Below, in pieces: positions 28,423 to 37,739 of a DNA stretch of 64,000 nucleotides (its first letter is position 1; each line of letters begins with the position of its first letter). The notes below the pieces were generated by a model that worked only from the letters and a program-made list of their open reading frames with translations, did not search any database and was not told where the DNA came from. The stretch comes from an uncultured Planctomycetales bacterium. Its GTDB lineage: Bacteria > Omnitrophota > Gorgyraeia > Gygaellales > Profunditerraquicolaceae. Position numbers and translations under genes: made by a program. Location of the stretch: assembly GCA_964645795.1 (NCBI GenBank), contig CAZYCL010000004.1, positions 163,093-227,092 on the forward strand. Reading direction: 5' to 3'.

Positions 28423-29119
28423 GGAAGGGGTCATAGCCGCCTCCAGCCTCAAGGAGCAAGGCAATATGTCGCCCGCCGGCGCGGATAGCGGGCGTTCAAT
28501 CGATAACCGCAGATCTTTTCTGGAAGGCCTGGGTATTTCCTGGCAGCATTTGGTCTGCGCCAAACAGGTCCACGGCGGCAATATCCGTATCGTAAGCGCC
28601 CCGGATACCGGCAAAGGCGCTTTGCGTTTCGATGACGCCATAGACGATACCGACGCATTTATCACAGATCAGAGGCAGATACCAATGGCGATATTCACCG
28701 CGGATTGCCTGCCGGTATTTTTTTATGCGCCTAAGCGCAAAGTCGCCGCCATCGCCCATGCGGGCTGGCGCAGCAGCTACAAGGGTATTAGCGCCAAGGT
28801 GGTCTGTGCGATGAGGGAGGTTTTCGCCGTCGCCCCCGGAGAGCTGCTGGTGTGGTTCGGGCCATCGATAAGAAGCTGTTGTTATGAGGTAGGTGGGGAT
28901 TTTATAAAGTACTTCCCGGGTTCGCTCGTAGAAAGAAACGGGTCATGCTATCTCGACCTTGTTCGCGTAAACATCGATCAGGCTGTCCGGGAGGGCGTAG
29001 CCGAAACTAACATTGACCCCCAAAGCCCCTGTACATACTGCTGTGGGGATAAATTCTTTTCTTTCCGCCGGCAAGGCGTATCTTGCGGCAGGGGCATGTC
29101 GGTCATAATGCTCAAATGA
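28415..29119 (+). CDS. pgeF: purine nucleoside phosphorylase / peptidoglycan editing factor YfiH/PgeF (DUF152)
   Basis: FTADCLPVFFYAPKRKVAAIAHAGWRS. Confidence 0.8.
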   Translation: MNKEGVIAASSLKEQGNMSPAGADSGRSIDNRRSFLEGLGISWQHLVCAKQVHGGNIRIVSAPDTGKGALRFDDAIDDTDAFITDQRQIPMAIFTADCLPVFFYAPKRKVAAIAHAGWRSSYKGISAKVVCAMREVFAVAPGELLVWFGPSIRSCCYEVGGDFIKYFPGSLVERNGSCYLDLVRVNIDQAVREGVAETNIDPQSPCTYCCGDKFFSFRRQGVSCGRGMSVIMLK

Positions 29120-29358
29120 TACAGAGATACCGTATCAATTTTACTTTGCACGCCCACGGCCCTACTTTTAAGGATATCAAAAACGCCTTTGCGGAGTTCG
29201 CGCAGGAGCTTTCGATAGAAGAGGCGCCTGAGCAGGCCGACGGGGCTAAAGATTTCAAGGTGGGGCTGGTCAGCGATGAGCCGACTTCCATATTCGATAT
29301 ATGCGCCCAACTGGGCCGGATACGCCAGATCAAGGTAGATGAAATAGAAAGGAGCTAA
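29116..29358 (+). CDS. hypothetical small protein (80 aa), ATGA-coupled to pgeF
   Basis: Start ATG 29116 overlaps the pgeF stop TGA (ATGA). No recognisable domain. Confidence 0.4.
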   Translation: MIQRYRINFTLHAHGPTFKDIKNAFAEFAQELSIEEAPEQADGAKDFKVGLVSDEPTSIFDICAQLGRIRQIKVDEIERS

Positions 29359-29360
29359 AT

Positions 29361-29837
29361 TTGGCCAGAGCGCTAGTGATCTATTACTCAAGAGGGGGCA
29401 ATACCAGGAAGATGGCCGAGTATATCGGTGAGGCCATAACCAAAGAAGGCTTGGAGGCTCAGATAAAAGACGTCAGGGAGGTCTCGGCGCATGATCTGCT
29501 TGGTTTCGAGGCCCTGGTCATCGGCTCTCCCACTTATTACGGGAGCATGAGCGCCGAGATCAAGAAGCTCCTGGATGATACGGTGCAGTTCCACGGCAAG
29601 CTCGACGGCAAGATCGGCGCGGCCTTTTCTTCCAGCGCCAACATCGCAGGCGGCAATGAGACTACGATCCTGGATATCTTGAATGCCATGCTCATACATG
29701 GTATGATAATTCAGGGCGATTGGCAGGGAGACCATTACGGGCCGGTTGCCATCGATGCCCCAGATCAGAGGGCGGCAAAGCAATGCGCAAGGCTGGCGTC
29801 CAGGCTTGCCAGGCTTGTTAAGAAAAACTTTAAATAG
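29361..29837 (+). CDS. flavodoxin-like fold protein (NAD(P)H-dependent FMN reductase / WrbA-like)
   Basis: MARALVIYYSRGGNTRKMAE and GSPTYYG motifs. Confidence 0.7.
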   Translation: MARALVIYYSRGGNTRKMAEYIGEAITKEGLEAQIKDVREVSAHDLLGFEALVIGSPTYYGSMSAEIKKLLDDTVQFHGKLDGKIGAAFSSSANIAGGNETTILDILNAMLIHGMIIQGDWQGDHYGPVAIDAPDQRAAKQCARLASRLARLVKKNFK

Positions 29838-29845
29838 GAGCGACC

Positions 29846-30157
29846 ATGCATGCCGTAGTCCTTATTACCGTGCCGGATAAAAAGACCGCCCGGCGGATAA
29901 CTGAGGCTATACTCAAAGATAGATTAGCGGCATGCGTCAACATCGTGGATAAGGTCAGTTCGTTTTTCTGGTGGCAGGGAAAGATCGACAGCGCCCAAGA
30001 GCTGCTTTTAGTGGCCAAGACCCAAAAAAAGAAGCTTGCGGCCCTGGTAAAGAAGGTCAAGAGCCTGCATGGTTACAGCGTTCCGGAGATAATCGCTTTA
30101 CCGATAAGCAAAGGTTATCTGCCTTACCTAAAATGGATAGATGAATCTCTCGGGTAG
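29846..30157 (+). CDS. cutA: divalent-cation tolerance protein CutA
   Basis: 103 aa. CutA1 family (AACVNIV...FFWWQGKI). Confidence 0.8.
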   Translation: MHAVVLITVPDKKTARRITEAILKDRLAACVNIVDKVSSFFWWQGKIDSAQELLLVAKTQKKKLAALVKKVKSLHGYSVPEIIALPISKGYLPYLKWIDESLG

Positions 30158-30809
30158 CCCGGTTGATTTTATTTTAGCTTTTCTCTACGGGGTGCTGGCC
30201 AGTTTTACCCCTTGCGTTTATCCGCTCATACCGGTGAGCGTCGGCTACATAGGGGCGACCCGGGCTCAAAGCCGCTGGAAAGGCTTTAAGCTAAGTTTTA
30301 TTTATGTCAGCGGCATAGCGCTGACCTACTCTGCCCTCGGGATGTTTGCTGCCCTGGGCGGCAGGGTCTTCGGAGAGGTGTCGTCGCTGCCCTTGGTGCA
30401 TCTGGCAGCCGGTATCGTTATATTCATACTGGGGCTCTCCATGCTTGATCTCTTAAGGCTTCCGTCCTTCGGCATCAAGAGGCTGCCGGAGCTTAAGAGA
30501 AAAAATTACTTTACCGTATTCATCTTGGGTTTAAGTTCCGGGCTATTGATATCGCCCTGCGTCACACCCATGCTGGGGGCGATACTTTCTTATCTGGCTA
30601 CCAGAAAGAACATCTTTTACGGAGCGCTCCTGCTGTTGAGTTTCGCTTACGGCCTGGGCTTTATCTTGATCCTGGCCGGCACCTCCGGGTACCTGCTCGG
30701 GAATTACCCCCGGGCCGGTAAATGGATGGTCTGGATAAAAAGATTGTGCGCCTTCGTCCTTATAGGCGCAGGCATATACTTTATTTTTAACGGGATAAGG
30801 AGGATGTAG
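30141..30809 (+). CDS. ccdA: cytochrome c-type biogenesis protein CcdA (DsbD transmembrane core)
   Basis: FTPCVYPLIPV and a second Cys in ISPCVTPML; polytopic. Confidence 0.8.
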   Translation: MNLSGSPVDFILAFLYGVLASFTPCVYPLIPVSVGYIGATRAQSRWKGFKLSFIYVSGIALTYSALGMFAALGGRVFGEVSSLPLVHLAAGIVIFILGLSMLDLLRLPSFGIKRLPELKRKNYFTVFILGLSSGLLISPCVTPMLGAILSYLATRKNIFYGALLLLSFAYGLGFILILAGTSGYLLGNYPRAGKWMVWIKRLCAFVLIGAGIYFIFNGIRRM

Positions 30810-30810
30810 A

Positions 30811-31314
30811 ATGAAAAAGACCGCTTTGGTTGTGTTCATGGCCTGTTTTTGTCTGATGAGCTTTGCCCCGGCAAGTGCCGCCCCCAAGCTTGATTCCCTT
30901 GGTCCGGCGCCTGATTTTAAGCTTCAGGATGTGTACCTGGATAGCTACAGCTTATCTGACTTCAAGAAGAAAACGGACCTGATGATCCTCTTCTGGACCA
31001 CCTGGTGCCCTTTTTGCCAGAAAGAGCTTAAGGTCCTTAACTCCTGGCTTTCGGAGTTATCCAACCATAATATCGAGGTCCTGGCAATTGATGTTGGGGA
31101 GCAGATGTCCAAGATACAGACCTACGTCAAGAACAACAACCTGTCTTTTAAAGTGCTTATTGACGTGGACACCAAGGTCTCGCGTTCCTACGGAGTAGTC
31201 GGTGTGCCTACCTATGTGCTCATCGATAAGGAAGGGCAGATAGTCTTCCGCGGGAACTATTTCCCCGAAAAGGAGTATAAGATCCTGACCGGCCAGATCA
31301 AAAGATCCAGATGA
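30811..31314 (+). CDS. TlpA/ResA-family periplasmic thiol-disulfide oxidoreductase
   Basis: Signal peptide plus WTTWCPFCQKE thioredoxin motif. Confidence 0.8.
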   Translation: MKKTALVVFMACFCLMSFAPASAAPKLDSLGPAPDFKLQDVYLDSYSLSDFKKKTDLMILFWTTWCPFCQKELKVLNSWLSELSNHNIEVLAIDVGEQMSKIQTYVKNNNLSFKVLIDVDTKVSRSYGVVGVPTYVLIDKEGQIVFRGNYFPEKEYKILTGQIKRSR

Positions 31315-32702
31315 ATGAAGGCAGGGCCCTTTTTCTTGACCTGTACGAGCTTACCATGGCGCAGAGCTACTTCCTTCACAGGAAAGGCGTCCGCGCCAGT
31401 TTCGAGCTCTTTGTAAGAAAGCTTCCTGCCCGCCGTTCTTATTTAATTGCAGCCGGGCTTCAAGATATACTTGATTTTGTCAGCCGCCTTCGTTTCCGTT
31501 CCGATGATATATCGTTTTTAAGGAAGAAAGGCATCTTTTCGCGGCAGTTCCTTGAATATCTGTCCCGTTTAAGGTTCAGCGGGGATATCTGGGCCATGCC
31601 GGAGGGAGAGGTATTCTTTGCGGGTGAGCCGTTGATCCGGGTAACCGCGCCTATCATCGAAGCCCAGATCCTGGAAAGTTTCCTGCTTAACACCATCAAC
31701 CTGCAGACGATGATCGCCAGCAAGGCCAGCCGTGTAGTGAGTGCCGCCGCCGGGCGCGGGGTCTTTGATTTTTCGCTGCGCCGCACCCACGGTTTTGATG
31801 CGGGGCTCAAAGCCGCGCGTTCTGCCTATATCGCCGGCTCACAGGGGACCTCCAATTGCCTGGCAGGCCAAAACTTCGGGATCCCGGTAGCAGGCACCAT
31901 GGCCCATTCCTTTGTCCTTTCTTTCGATAGCGAAGAGGAAAGCTTTTGCGCCTACGCCTCTAGTTTCCCGGCCAGGTCCATACTGCTGGTCGATACTTAC
32001 AATATCAAGAAGGGCGTTGAAAACGCTCTCCGGACAGGCTTGTGGCTTAAACGCCGCGGATATAAGCTGCAAGGGATAAGGCTTGACAGCGGCGACATAA
32101 TCGAGATGTCCAGATACGCCAGGAAGCGCCTTGACCGGGCAGGGTTAGGCTACGTCAAGATCCTTGCCAGCGGCAACCTCGATGAGTTTAAGATCTCAAA
32201 GCTGATAAGCAAAGGGGCTTTCGTGGACAGTTTCGGGGTAGGGACAAACATGGGCTCAAGTACTGACGCTCCTTCTTTGGATGTGATCTATAAGATCAGT
32301 GAAGTTACGGATGTCCGCGGAAGATACCAGCCGGCGATGAAGTTAAGCAAAGCCAAGGTCACTTATCCGGGGCGCAAGCAGGTCTTTCGCCAGAGGGATA
32401 AAAAAGGGGTTTTTATAAAGGATGTTCTCGCTATCGACGGCGAAGATATCGAAGGCCAGCCCCTCCTGAGACAAGTCGTATCCGGAGGCAGGCAGGTATA
32501 TCGCTGCCCAGGCGTCGGGCAGATAAGGGGCTATTGCCGGCGGCGCCTTTACTCTTTTTGCAAAGACCTGCGGGATATAAAAGCCGTCTACCGCTATCCG
32601 GTAGAGATAAGCCGCGGCCTTAGGTCGCTGAAGGCTTCGGTTTGCGCCAAGATCAGGCAGGGTCGGGATGACAATGGAAAAATTCATACAGGAGCTCTTT
32701 AA
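31311..32702 (+). CDS. pncB: nicotinate phosphoribosyltransferase
   Basis: 463 aa. LFLDLYELTMAQSYF is a NAPRTase N-terminal signature. Confidence 0.8.
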   Translation: MNEGRALFLDLYELTMAQSYFLHRKGVRASFELFVRKLPARRSYLIAAGLQDILDFVSRLRFRSDDISFLRKKGIFSRQFLEYLSRLRFSGDIWAMPEGEVFFAGEPLIRVTAPIIEAQILESFLLNTINLQTMIASKASRVVSAAAGRGVFDFSLRRTHGFDAGLKAARSAYIAGSQGTSNCLAGQNFGIPVAGTMAHSFVLSFDSEEESFCAYASSFPARSILLVDTYNIKKGVENALRTGLWLKRRGYKLQGIRLDSGDIIEMSRYARKRLDRAGLGYVKILASGNLDEFKISKLISKGAFVDSFGVGTNMGSSTDAPSLDVIYKISEVTDVRGRYQPAMKLSKAKVTYPGRKQVFRQRDKKGVFIKDVLAIDGEDIEGQPLLRQVVSGGRQVYRCPGVGQIRGYCRRRLYSFCKDLRDIKAVYRYPVEISRGLRSLKASVCAKIRQGRDDNGKIHTGAL

Positions 32703-33300
32703 TAATTGGCAGAAGAGAAATATCTGCGGTTTTTATTGCGCCGACAGGGCGGCGGCGGTCAGAAAAATACTGGAGATGGTCCCCGGGACCGCCAGCATCG
32801 GCTTCTCCGGTTCGCAGACCCTGGAGGCCTTGGGTATAATAAAGCTCCTGGGAGAAAGAAAGAACGAGGTTTTTAACCCCTACAAGCCGGGGTTAAGCAG
32901 AGAGGAAAGCCTGGATATGCGGACCAGGGGCGCCGGGGCCGATTATTATTTGGCAAGCGCCAACGCGATATCCGGGGATGGGAAGCTGGTTTTCTTGAGC
33001 GCTTACGGGCATCGTATAGCAGGGATCGCCTCGGCCAAGAATGTCATCGTGGTCTGCGGCACGAACAAGATCGCCGGGGACTTAAGCTCAGCCTTAAAAC
33101 GAGCGCGGGAATACGCAACCCCGCTTAATTGCAGGCGCCTGGAGTGGAAATCCGCCTGTCTGGAAACGGGCGTATGCCACGAGGATGCCTGTTTTTTCCC
33201 CGAATACAAAAGAATGTGTTGTCAGGCCCTGATTATCGAAGCAGAGATATTTGCGGGCAGGATAAAAGTAGTCCTGGTCGATGAGAAGCTGGGGTTCTGA
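32668..33300 (+). CDS. LUD-domain (LutC/YkgG-like) protein
   Basis: Approximately 210 aa with the LUD_dom pattern; tentative. Confidence 0.5.
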   Translation: MTMEKFIQELFNNWQKRNICGFYCADRAAAVRKILEMVPGTASIGFSGSQTLEALGIIKLLGERKNEVFNPYKPGLSREESLDMRTRGAGADYYLASANAISGDGKLVFLSAYGHRIAGIASAKNVIVVCGTNKIAGDLSSALKRAREYATPLNCRRLEWKSACLETGVCHEDACFFPEYKRMCCQALIIEAEIFAGRIKVVLVDEKLGF

Positions 33301-33327
33301 GGCTCGCCCATATCGGATTATTACACA

Positions 33328-33400
33328 GGGCGTTTTAGCGTATAGCGTGTAGCGGTCAACGTTTAGAAAAACAACCCTAAACGCTATCCGCTAAACGCTG
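33328..33400. repeat. dispersed intergenic repeat element, copy A (TTTTAGCGTATAGCG ... CTATCCGCTAAACGC)
   Basis: Shares TAGCGTATAGC and TTTAGCGGATAG (as reverse complement) with 43841-43904; the arrangement implies inverted relative orientation. Confidence 0.7.
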
Positions 33401-33426
33401 TAATCTTTAATTTATAAGGAGAAGCG

Positions 33427-33723
33427 ATGTTTGATAAAATGAAGCAGCTTATGGATATGCACAAGAGTATGCGCCAGGTAAAGCAAAAGCTTGAAAAGAC
33501 GGTCTTCGAGGTCTCCAGCCCCGACGGGATGATCCAGCTCACCATGAACGGCTCCCAGGAGGTCAAAGACGTGCGCATAAATACCGATATCGGATCCCTT
33601 GATAAGCTCGCACTTGAAAAATCCGTTAAAGAAGCGTATAATAAGGGCCTTAAGCGTTCGCACGAGATAGCCGCCGCCAAGATGAAGGAGATCACGGGGT
33701 TGGATATACCGGGGCTCACCTGA
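33427..33723 (+). CDS. ybaB: nucleoid-associated protein YbaB/EbfC
   Basis: 98 aa. MFDKMKQLMDMHKSMRQVKQKLEK; SD TAAGGAG. Confidence 0.8.
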   Translation: MFDKMKQLMDMHKSMRQVKQKLEKTVFEVSSPDGMIQLTMNGSQEVKDVRINTDIGSLDKLALEKSVKEAYNKGLKRSHEIAAAKMKEITGLDIPGLT

Positions 33724-33747
33724 TGCCAAGGGGGTGTCTTTAGCCGG

Positions 33748-34137
33748 ATGAAAGAGAAGAAGGTCTTTCGCGACATAATCGAGGAGTTGTGTTCGTGCGA
33801 CGGCCGTTACCGCGCCGACGCTTATGAGTTCCTGATGCAGGCCCTGCACTTTACTCAGCAGAAGCTGGAAAAGAGCGGCCATATTTCGGGCAAAGAGCTG
33901 GCTCAGGGGGTGCGGGATCTGGCCATACAGCAGTTCGGACCGATGGCCAAAACCGTCCTTAAACACTGGGGCATCAACTCCACCGCCGATATCGGAAATA
34001 TCGTATTCAACCTGATCGGTTGCAAGCTGCTATCCAAGACCGAAACAGATACTATCGAAGATTTCATTAATGTCTACGATTTTGATTCCGCTTTTTCAAA
34101 CACCTTCGGGGATATAATCTTGAGAGATGTCGAGTAA
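33748..34137 (+). CDS. hypothetical protein
   Basis: 129 aa; no recognisable domain. Confidence 0.4.
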   Translation: MKEKKVFRDIIEELCSCDGRYRADAYEFLMQALHFTQQKLEKSGHISGKELAQGVRDLAIQQFGPMAKTVLKHWGINSTADIGNIVFNLIGCKLLSKTETDTIEDFINVYDFDSAFSNTFGDIILRDVE

Positions 34138-34624
34138 TACGCTACATAAAATAAAAGAAGTTTTAAAAGACAGGCAGTTTATAAGCGTGGCTACCTGCAG
34201 CCTGGACGGCATCCCAAACGCGGCTCCGAAGTTCTTTCTGAAGATTGAAGGCCATTACCTGTACCTGGTGGATTATACCATGGGCCGCACCTGGGAGAAC
34301 CTGAAGGCCAATCCTTACGCTTCGCTCTCATTTATGGATACCGAAGCCCTGATAGGCTATCAGGTGAACGGCAGCGCCAAGATCATTGAAAGCGGCGAGG
34401 AGTACGACAGGATATTCAAAGAAATGATGCTTAAAGAGGTGGATCTTTCCGCCAAGCGCATCGTCGAGGGCGTGCTAAAGGGGCGCAAACACGACAACTT
34501 CGAGTTATCCATACGGGATAAGTTCGCCATACTTAAACTCCGCATCGAAGAGATAATCACCATCGGCACGGGCGGCCAGAAAAACAGGGTTTCGCTGGAT
34601 ACTCACTCTGATGACAAGATTTAA
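34127..34624 (+). CDS. pyridoxamine 5'-phosphate oxidase-like FMN-binding split-barrel protein
   Basis: PNPOx-like pattern (ISVATCSLDGIPNAAPKFF...ANPYASLSF). Confidence 0.6.
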   Translation: MSSNTLHKIKEVLKDRQFISVATCSLDGIPNAAPKFFLKIEGHYLYLVDYTMGRTWENLKANPYASLSFMDTEALIGYQVNGSAKIIESGEEYDRIFKEMMLKEVDLSAKRIVEGVLKGRKHDNFELSIRDKFAILKLRIEEIITIGTGGQKNRVSLDTHSDDKI

Positions 34625-35642
34625 AGGGCTGGCCACGGGCATCGGAAGCCTTCCTTATAAAGATACGACCAGCGCTTTAGCCCATATATTCGAACGCGTC
34701 GGACAGGCCCCTTTCTGGCCGCAATTGCCAAAACGCGACGTACGCGAAGGGATGGTCGCTCAGTTCGCGCGCAATCTCCCCTGCCTTGAAGTCAAAAGCG
34801 ACGGTGCGGCCTACAATCCGCGCCAGAAAGAAAAGGCCCTCGAGGAGTTTTATGAGCATATCATAAACAACGATGTGCCATACTTCGAGTTGGGGCGCGA
34901 ATACGCCGCGGGCTTCTATGCCTTCCTGGAGCACCTGGAGGAGCAGGGGACAGGAGAGGCGGCCTTTCTTAAATGCCACATCACCGGACCTTTTACCTTT
35001 GCCGCCAGCTTTAAGGACGATAAGGGCGTGGCCCTCCTGCACGATGAGATCTTTATGCAGGCAGTGGTCAAAGGCCTAGGCATGAAAGCCCTCTGGCAGA
35101 TAAGAGAGCTTGAGCGTTTCGGCAAAGAGATCATCATGTTCGTGGATGAGCCGTTTTTGAGCTGCTTTGGTTCTGCCTACACCCCTATCGGCCGCCAGCA
35201 GGTCGTAGATGTCCTTAGCGAATTGACCGAGACAATAAACTCCCCAAACGTCTGGATCGGCGTCCATTGTTGCGGCAATACCGATTGGTCTCTTTTTACC
35301 GACGTGCCGGCCATGCGCATAATCAACTTCGATGCCTTTTCTTTCATGGAAAAGGTCTTTATCTACGCTAAAGACCTCCAGGGATTTCTCGGGCGCGGCG
35401 GAGCATTATGCTGGGGCATCGTGCCCACGCATGAGTATGACCAGAAGGTAACTGTCGGCCAGCTTGTATCCAAGATCGAATCCGGGCTCGCAACCCTGGA
35501 AAAGAAAGGCCTGGACCGCAAGCAACTTGTCCAGAGGCTGCTGATAAGCCCAAGTTGCGGCCTGGGCACCATAGACCAAGACAAGACATCTTCCATACTC
35601 AAGCTGCTTCAGGAGACCTCACAGGCGCTAAGCGGCTTCTGA
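34611..35642 (+). CDS. short MetE-like / URO-D-superfamily TIM-barrel protein (core cobalamin-independent methionine synthase-like) with zinc-binding motifs
   Basis: GVHCCGN and SPSCGLG resemble the MetE C-terminal His/Cys zinc ligands. Confidence 0.45.
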   Translation: MTRFKGLATGIGSLPYKDTTSALAHIFERVGQAPFWPQLPKRDVREGMVAQFARNLPCLEVKSDGAAYNPRQKEKALEEFYEHIINNDVPYFELGREYAAGFYAFLEHLEEQGTGEAAFLKCHITGPFTFAASFKDDKGVALLHDEIFMQAVVKGLGMKALWQIRELERFGKEIIMFVDEPFLSCFGSAYTPIGRQQVVDVLSELTETINSPNVWIGVHCCGNTDWSLFTDVPAMRIINFDAFSFMEKVFIYAKDLQGFLGRGGALCWGIVPTHEYDQKVTVGQLVSKIESGLATLEKKGLDRKQLVQRLLISPSCGLGTIDQDKTSSILKLLQETSQALSGF

Positions 35643-35656
35643 TCCGCCGAAAAACC

Positions 35657-36811
35657 TTGAATATTGCCGGTTTTATACTTACGTTGGTCCTTGCGTCCTT
35701 GGCCCCGGTATATAAATACCTGGGTTCATGGGGGCTGTTCTTTTATTCCGCCGCGGTATCCGCCGGCGTCCTTATCCTGCGCCGGCGTTTCTTCGTTTTC
35801 TTTCTGCGGAAGGTAAGCCGCCGCACGGCCCTGGTCCTTATCATTGTCATCTTTGCGCTGCTGGTGATATGCTTCTTTGTTCTATACCCGGCAGTAAATA
35901 CGGTTTTGTCCGGAAGCGGCAGCGACAGGGATGACGACCTTGATATCGCCGTCTCCTCATTACTGGAGGCAAGATACCCTTATTACGGCCAGACATACCT
36001 AGGCAACAACCTCACGCATTTCCCGGGTTCTATATTTCTGGCAGCTCCTTTTGTAGCGATGGGTTGCGGCGCCTGCCAGAATATCTTCTGGCTGGCGGTA
36101 TTTCTTGCGCTGGCTTGCATCTATCTAAAAGACACAAGGCTGGCCCTATGGATATTCTCCCAGATGTTAATATTCAGCCCGGTTTTTATGCATGAATGGC
36201 TGACCGGGGGAGACCTTATTGCAAATAATATATATATAATATGCCCGGTTTACTTATTATTCAGGACGTTAAAGGCCAAAGCGGTTTCCGGCCGCGGCTG
36301 GAAAGCGCTGCTTCTATCCGTTTTGCTCGGAGTGGGATTGTCTTCGCGGCTCAACTTTCTATTTATTCTTCCGCTTGTGCTTTCAGCCCTGATCCAGTGC
36401 TTTGGGGTAAGAACGGCTTTACGGCATACGCTTACGATCATTCTAACCTTCTCAGCGGCCACTCTGCCTTTCTATCTATATGACCCTCAAGGATTTAGCC
36501 CGCTTTACGGCCAGTTGAATAAGTTGAAGATGCTGCATTTATACGGCATCCCCGCCTTGAGCATCATGTTCTTGGTTACTGCCGCGGTAGTTTCCGGCTT
36601 GAGCTTCGTCAGGTTAAGGCAGGGATGCGTTGATCTCTTCAGGAATTGCGCTTATGTCCAGGTGGTCATGGTAGCCTTGCTCGTTGGCCTTTATTCAATA
36701 GGTAAAGGCCGCCTGGACCTGGATTATGCCGGTTACGGCCTGAATTTCCTATTCTTTGGCCTGCTGGCATTCGGTGCCAAAACAGAAAAAAACAAAGTAT
36801 TTGACAAGTAG
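35657..36811 (+). CDS. polytopic membrane protein of unknown function
   Basis: Multiple hydrophobic segments. The start is uncertain (in-frame TTG 35657; the ORF is open from 35555, overlapping the upstream gene). Confidence 0.4.
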   Translation: MNIAGFILTLVLASLAPVYKYLGSWGLFFYSAAVSAGVLILRRRFFVFFLRKVSRRTALVLIIVIFALLVICFFVLYPAVNTVLSGSGSDRDDDLDIAVSSLLEARYPYYGQTYLGNNLTHFPGSIFLAAPFVAMGCGACQNIFWLAVFLALACIYLKDTRLALWIFSQMLIFSPVFMHEWLTGGDLIANNIYIICPVYLLFRTLKAKAVSGRGWKALLLSVLLGVGLSSRLNFLFILPLVLSALIQCFGVRTALRHTLTIILTFSAATLPFYLYDPQGFSPLYGQLNKLKMLHLYGIPALSIMFLVTAAVVSGLSFVRLRQGCVDLFRNCAYVQVVMVALLVGLYSIGKGRLDLDYAGYGLNFLFFGLLAFGAKTEKNKVFDK

Positions 36812-36829
36812 CTCTAAAAAGCGTATAAT
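36801..36829 (+). promoter_or_regulatory. consensus sigma70 promoter (TTGACA-17-TATAAT) for the por operon
   Basis: TTGACA at 36801-36806, a 17-nt spacer, TATAAT at 36824-36829; the leader contains a GGCGC..GCGCC hairpin and SD AAGGAGAG. Confidence 0.5.
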
Positions 36830-36902
36830 CCTACTCTAATTTTCAGAAACGGCGCCGCAGTGCGCCTACTGCAGCATTCTATCAATCATCAAGGAGAGTT
36901 AA

Positions 36903-37451
36903 ATGAAAGAAATACGGATCCACGCCCGCGCAGGACAGGGCGCGATCACCACTGCTTCCCTGCTGGGATACGCTTATTTCTTAAGAGGCATGTATCCCTA
37001 TGCCTTTCCGCATTTTGGCGCCGCGCGAATGGGGGCTCCCATGAATGCTTTTGTGCGCGTGGACTCCAAACCCGTAAGGCTGCGCAGCCAGATCTATGAG
37101 CCGGATTATATCATAATCTCCGACCCCACTCTTATGCGCGGTTTTAACTGTTTTTCCGGATTAAAAAAAGGCGGCGTAGCGGTGGTCGCTTCCAGAGAGG
37201 GCATGGAGGAAGTGAAGGTCAATCCTACCCAGAAGGCGTATGTCATCCCGGCCAATGAAATAGCGCTCAAGACCATAGGCAGGCCGCTGGGCAACACCGC
37301 ACTGCTCGGGGCTTTTTGCGCGGCGACCGGAGAGTTGTCGCCGGATGACATTAATGAAGCGATAAAGAAGAGGTTTGCCAGCAAACTCCAAGCGCCGAAT
37401 ATCGAGGCCGCAAGATTAGGCTTCGAGTTTCTCAAAGAAAAGAAAGGCTAA
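36903..37451 (+). CDS. porG: pyruvate/2-oxoacid:ferredoxin oxidoreductase gamma subunit
   Basis: MKEIRIHARAGQGAITTASLL. Confidence 0.85.
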   Translation: MKEIRIHARAGQGAITTASLLGYAYFLRGMYPYAFPHFGAARMGAPMNAFVRVDSKPVRLRSQIYEPDYIIISDPTLMRGFNCFSGLKKGGVAVVASREGMEEVKVNPTQKAYVIPANEIALKTIGRPLGNTALLGAFCAATGELSPDDINEAIKKRFASKLQAPNIEAARLGFEFLKEKKG

Positions 37452-37454
37452 GAA

Positions 37455-37718
37455 ATGTTTGGACCATTGATAAGTAAACCCGGCTCAAGCAGGGCCAATA
37501 AGACCGGCTCCTGGCGCACGGAAGTAAAGCCGAAGTTCCTTAAGAAAAACTGCATTGCCTGCAACATGTGCGTGCTTATATGTCCCGAGAACATCATCAG
37601 CGGTTCGGGAAAAAACACTTATACCTGCGACCTGGAGTACTGCAAAGGCTGCGGGAATTGCGCCGCCATATGCCCCAAGCAGGACATAGAGATGGTCAAG
37701 GAAGACTCCAGGGAATAA
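37455..37718 (+). CDS. porD: pyruvate:ferredoxin oxidoreductase delta subunit (2x[4Fe-4S] ferredoxin)
   Basis: CIACNMCVLICP and CKGCGNCAAICP. Confidence 0.85.
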   Translation: MFGPLISKPGSSRANKTGSWRTEVKPKFLKKNCIACNMCVLICPENIISGSGKNTYTCDLEYCKGCGNCAAICPKQDIEMVKEDSRE

Positions 37719-37739
37719 GTTAATGAAAGGAATATCAAG

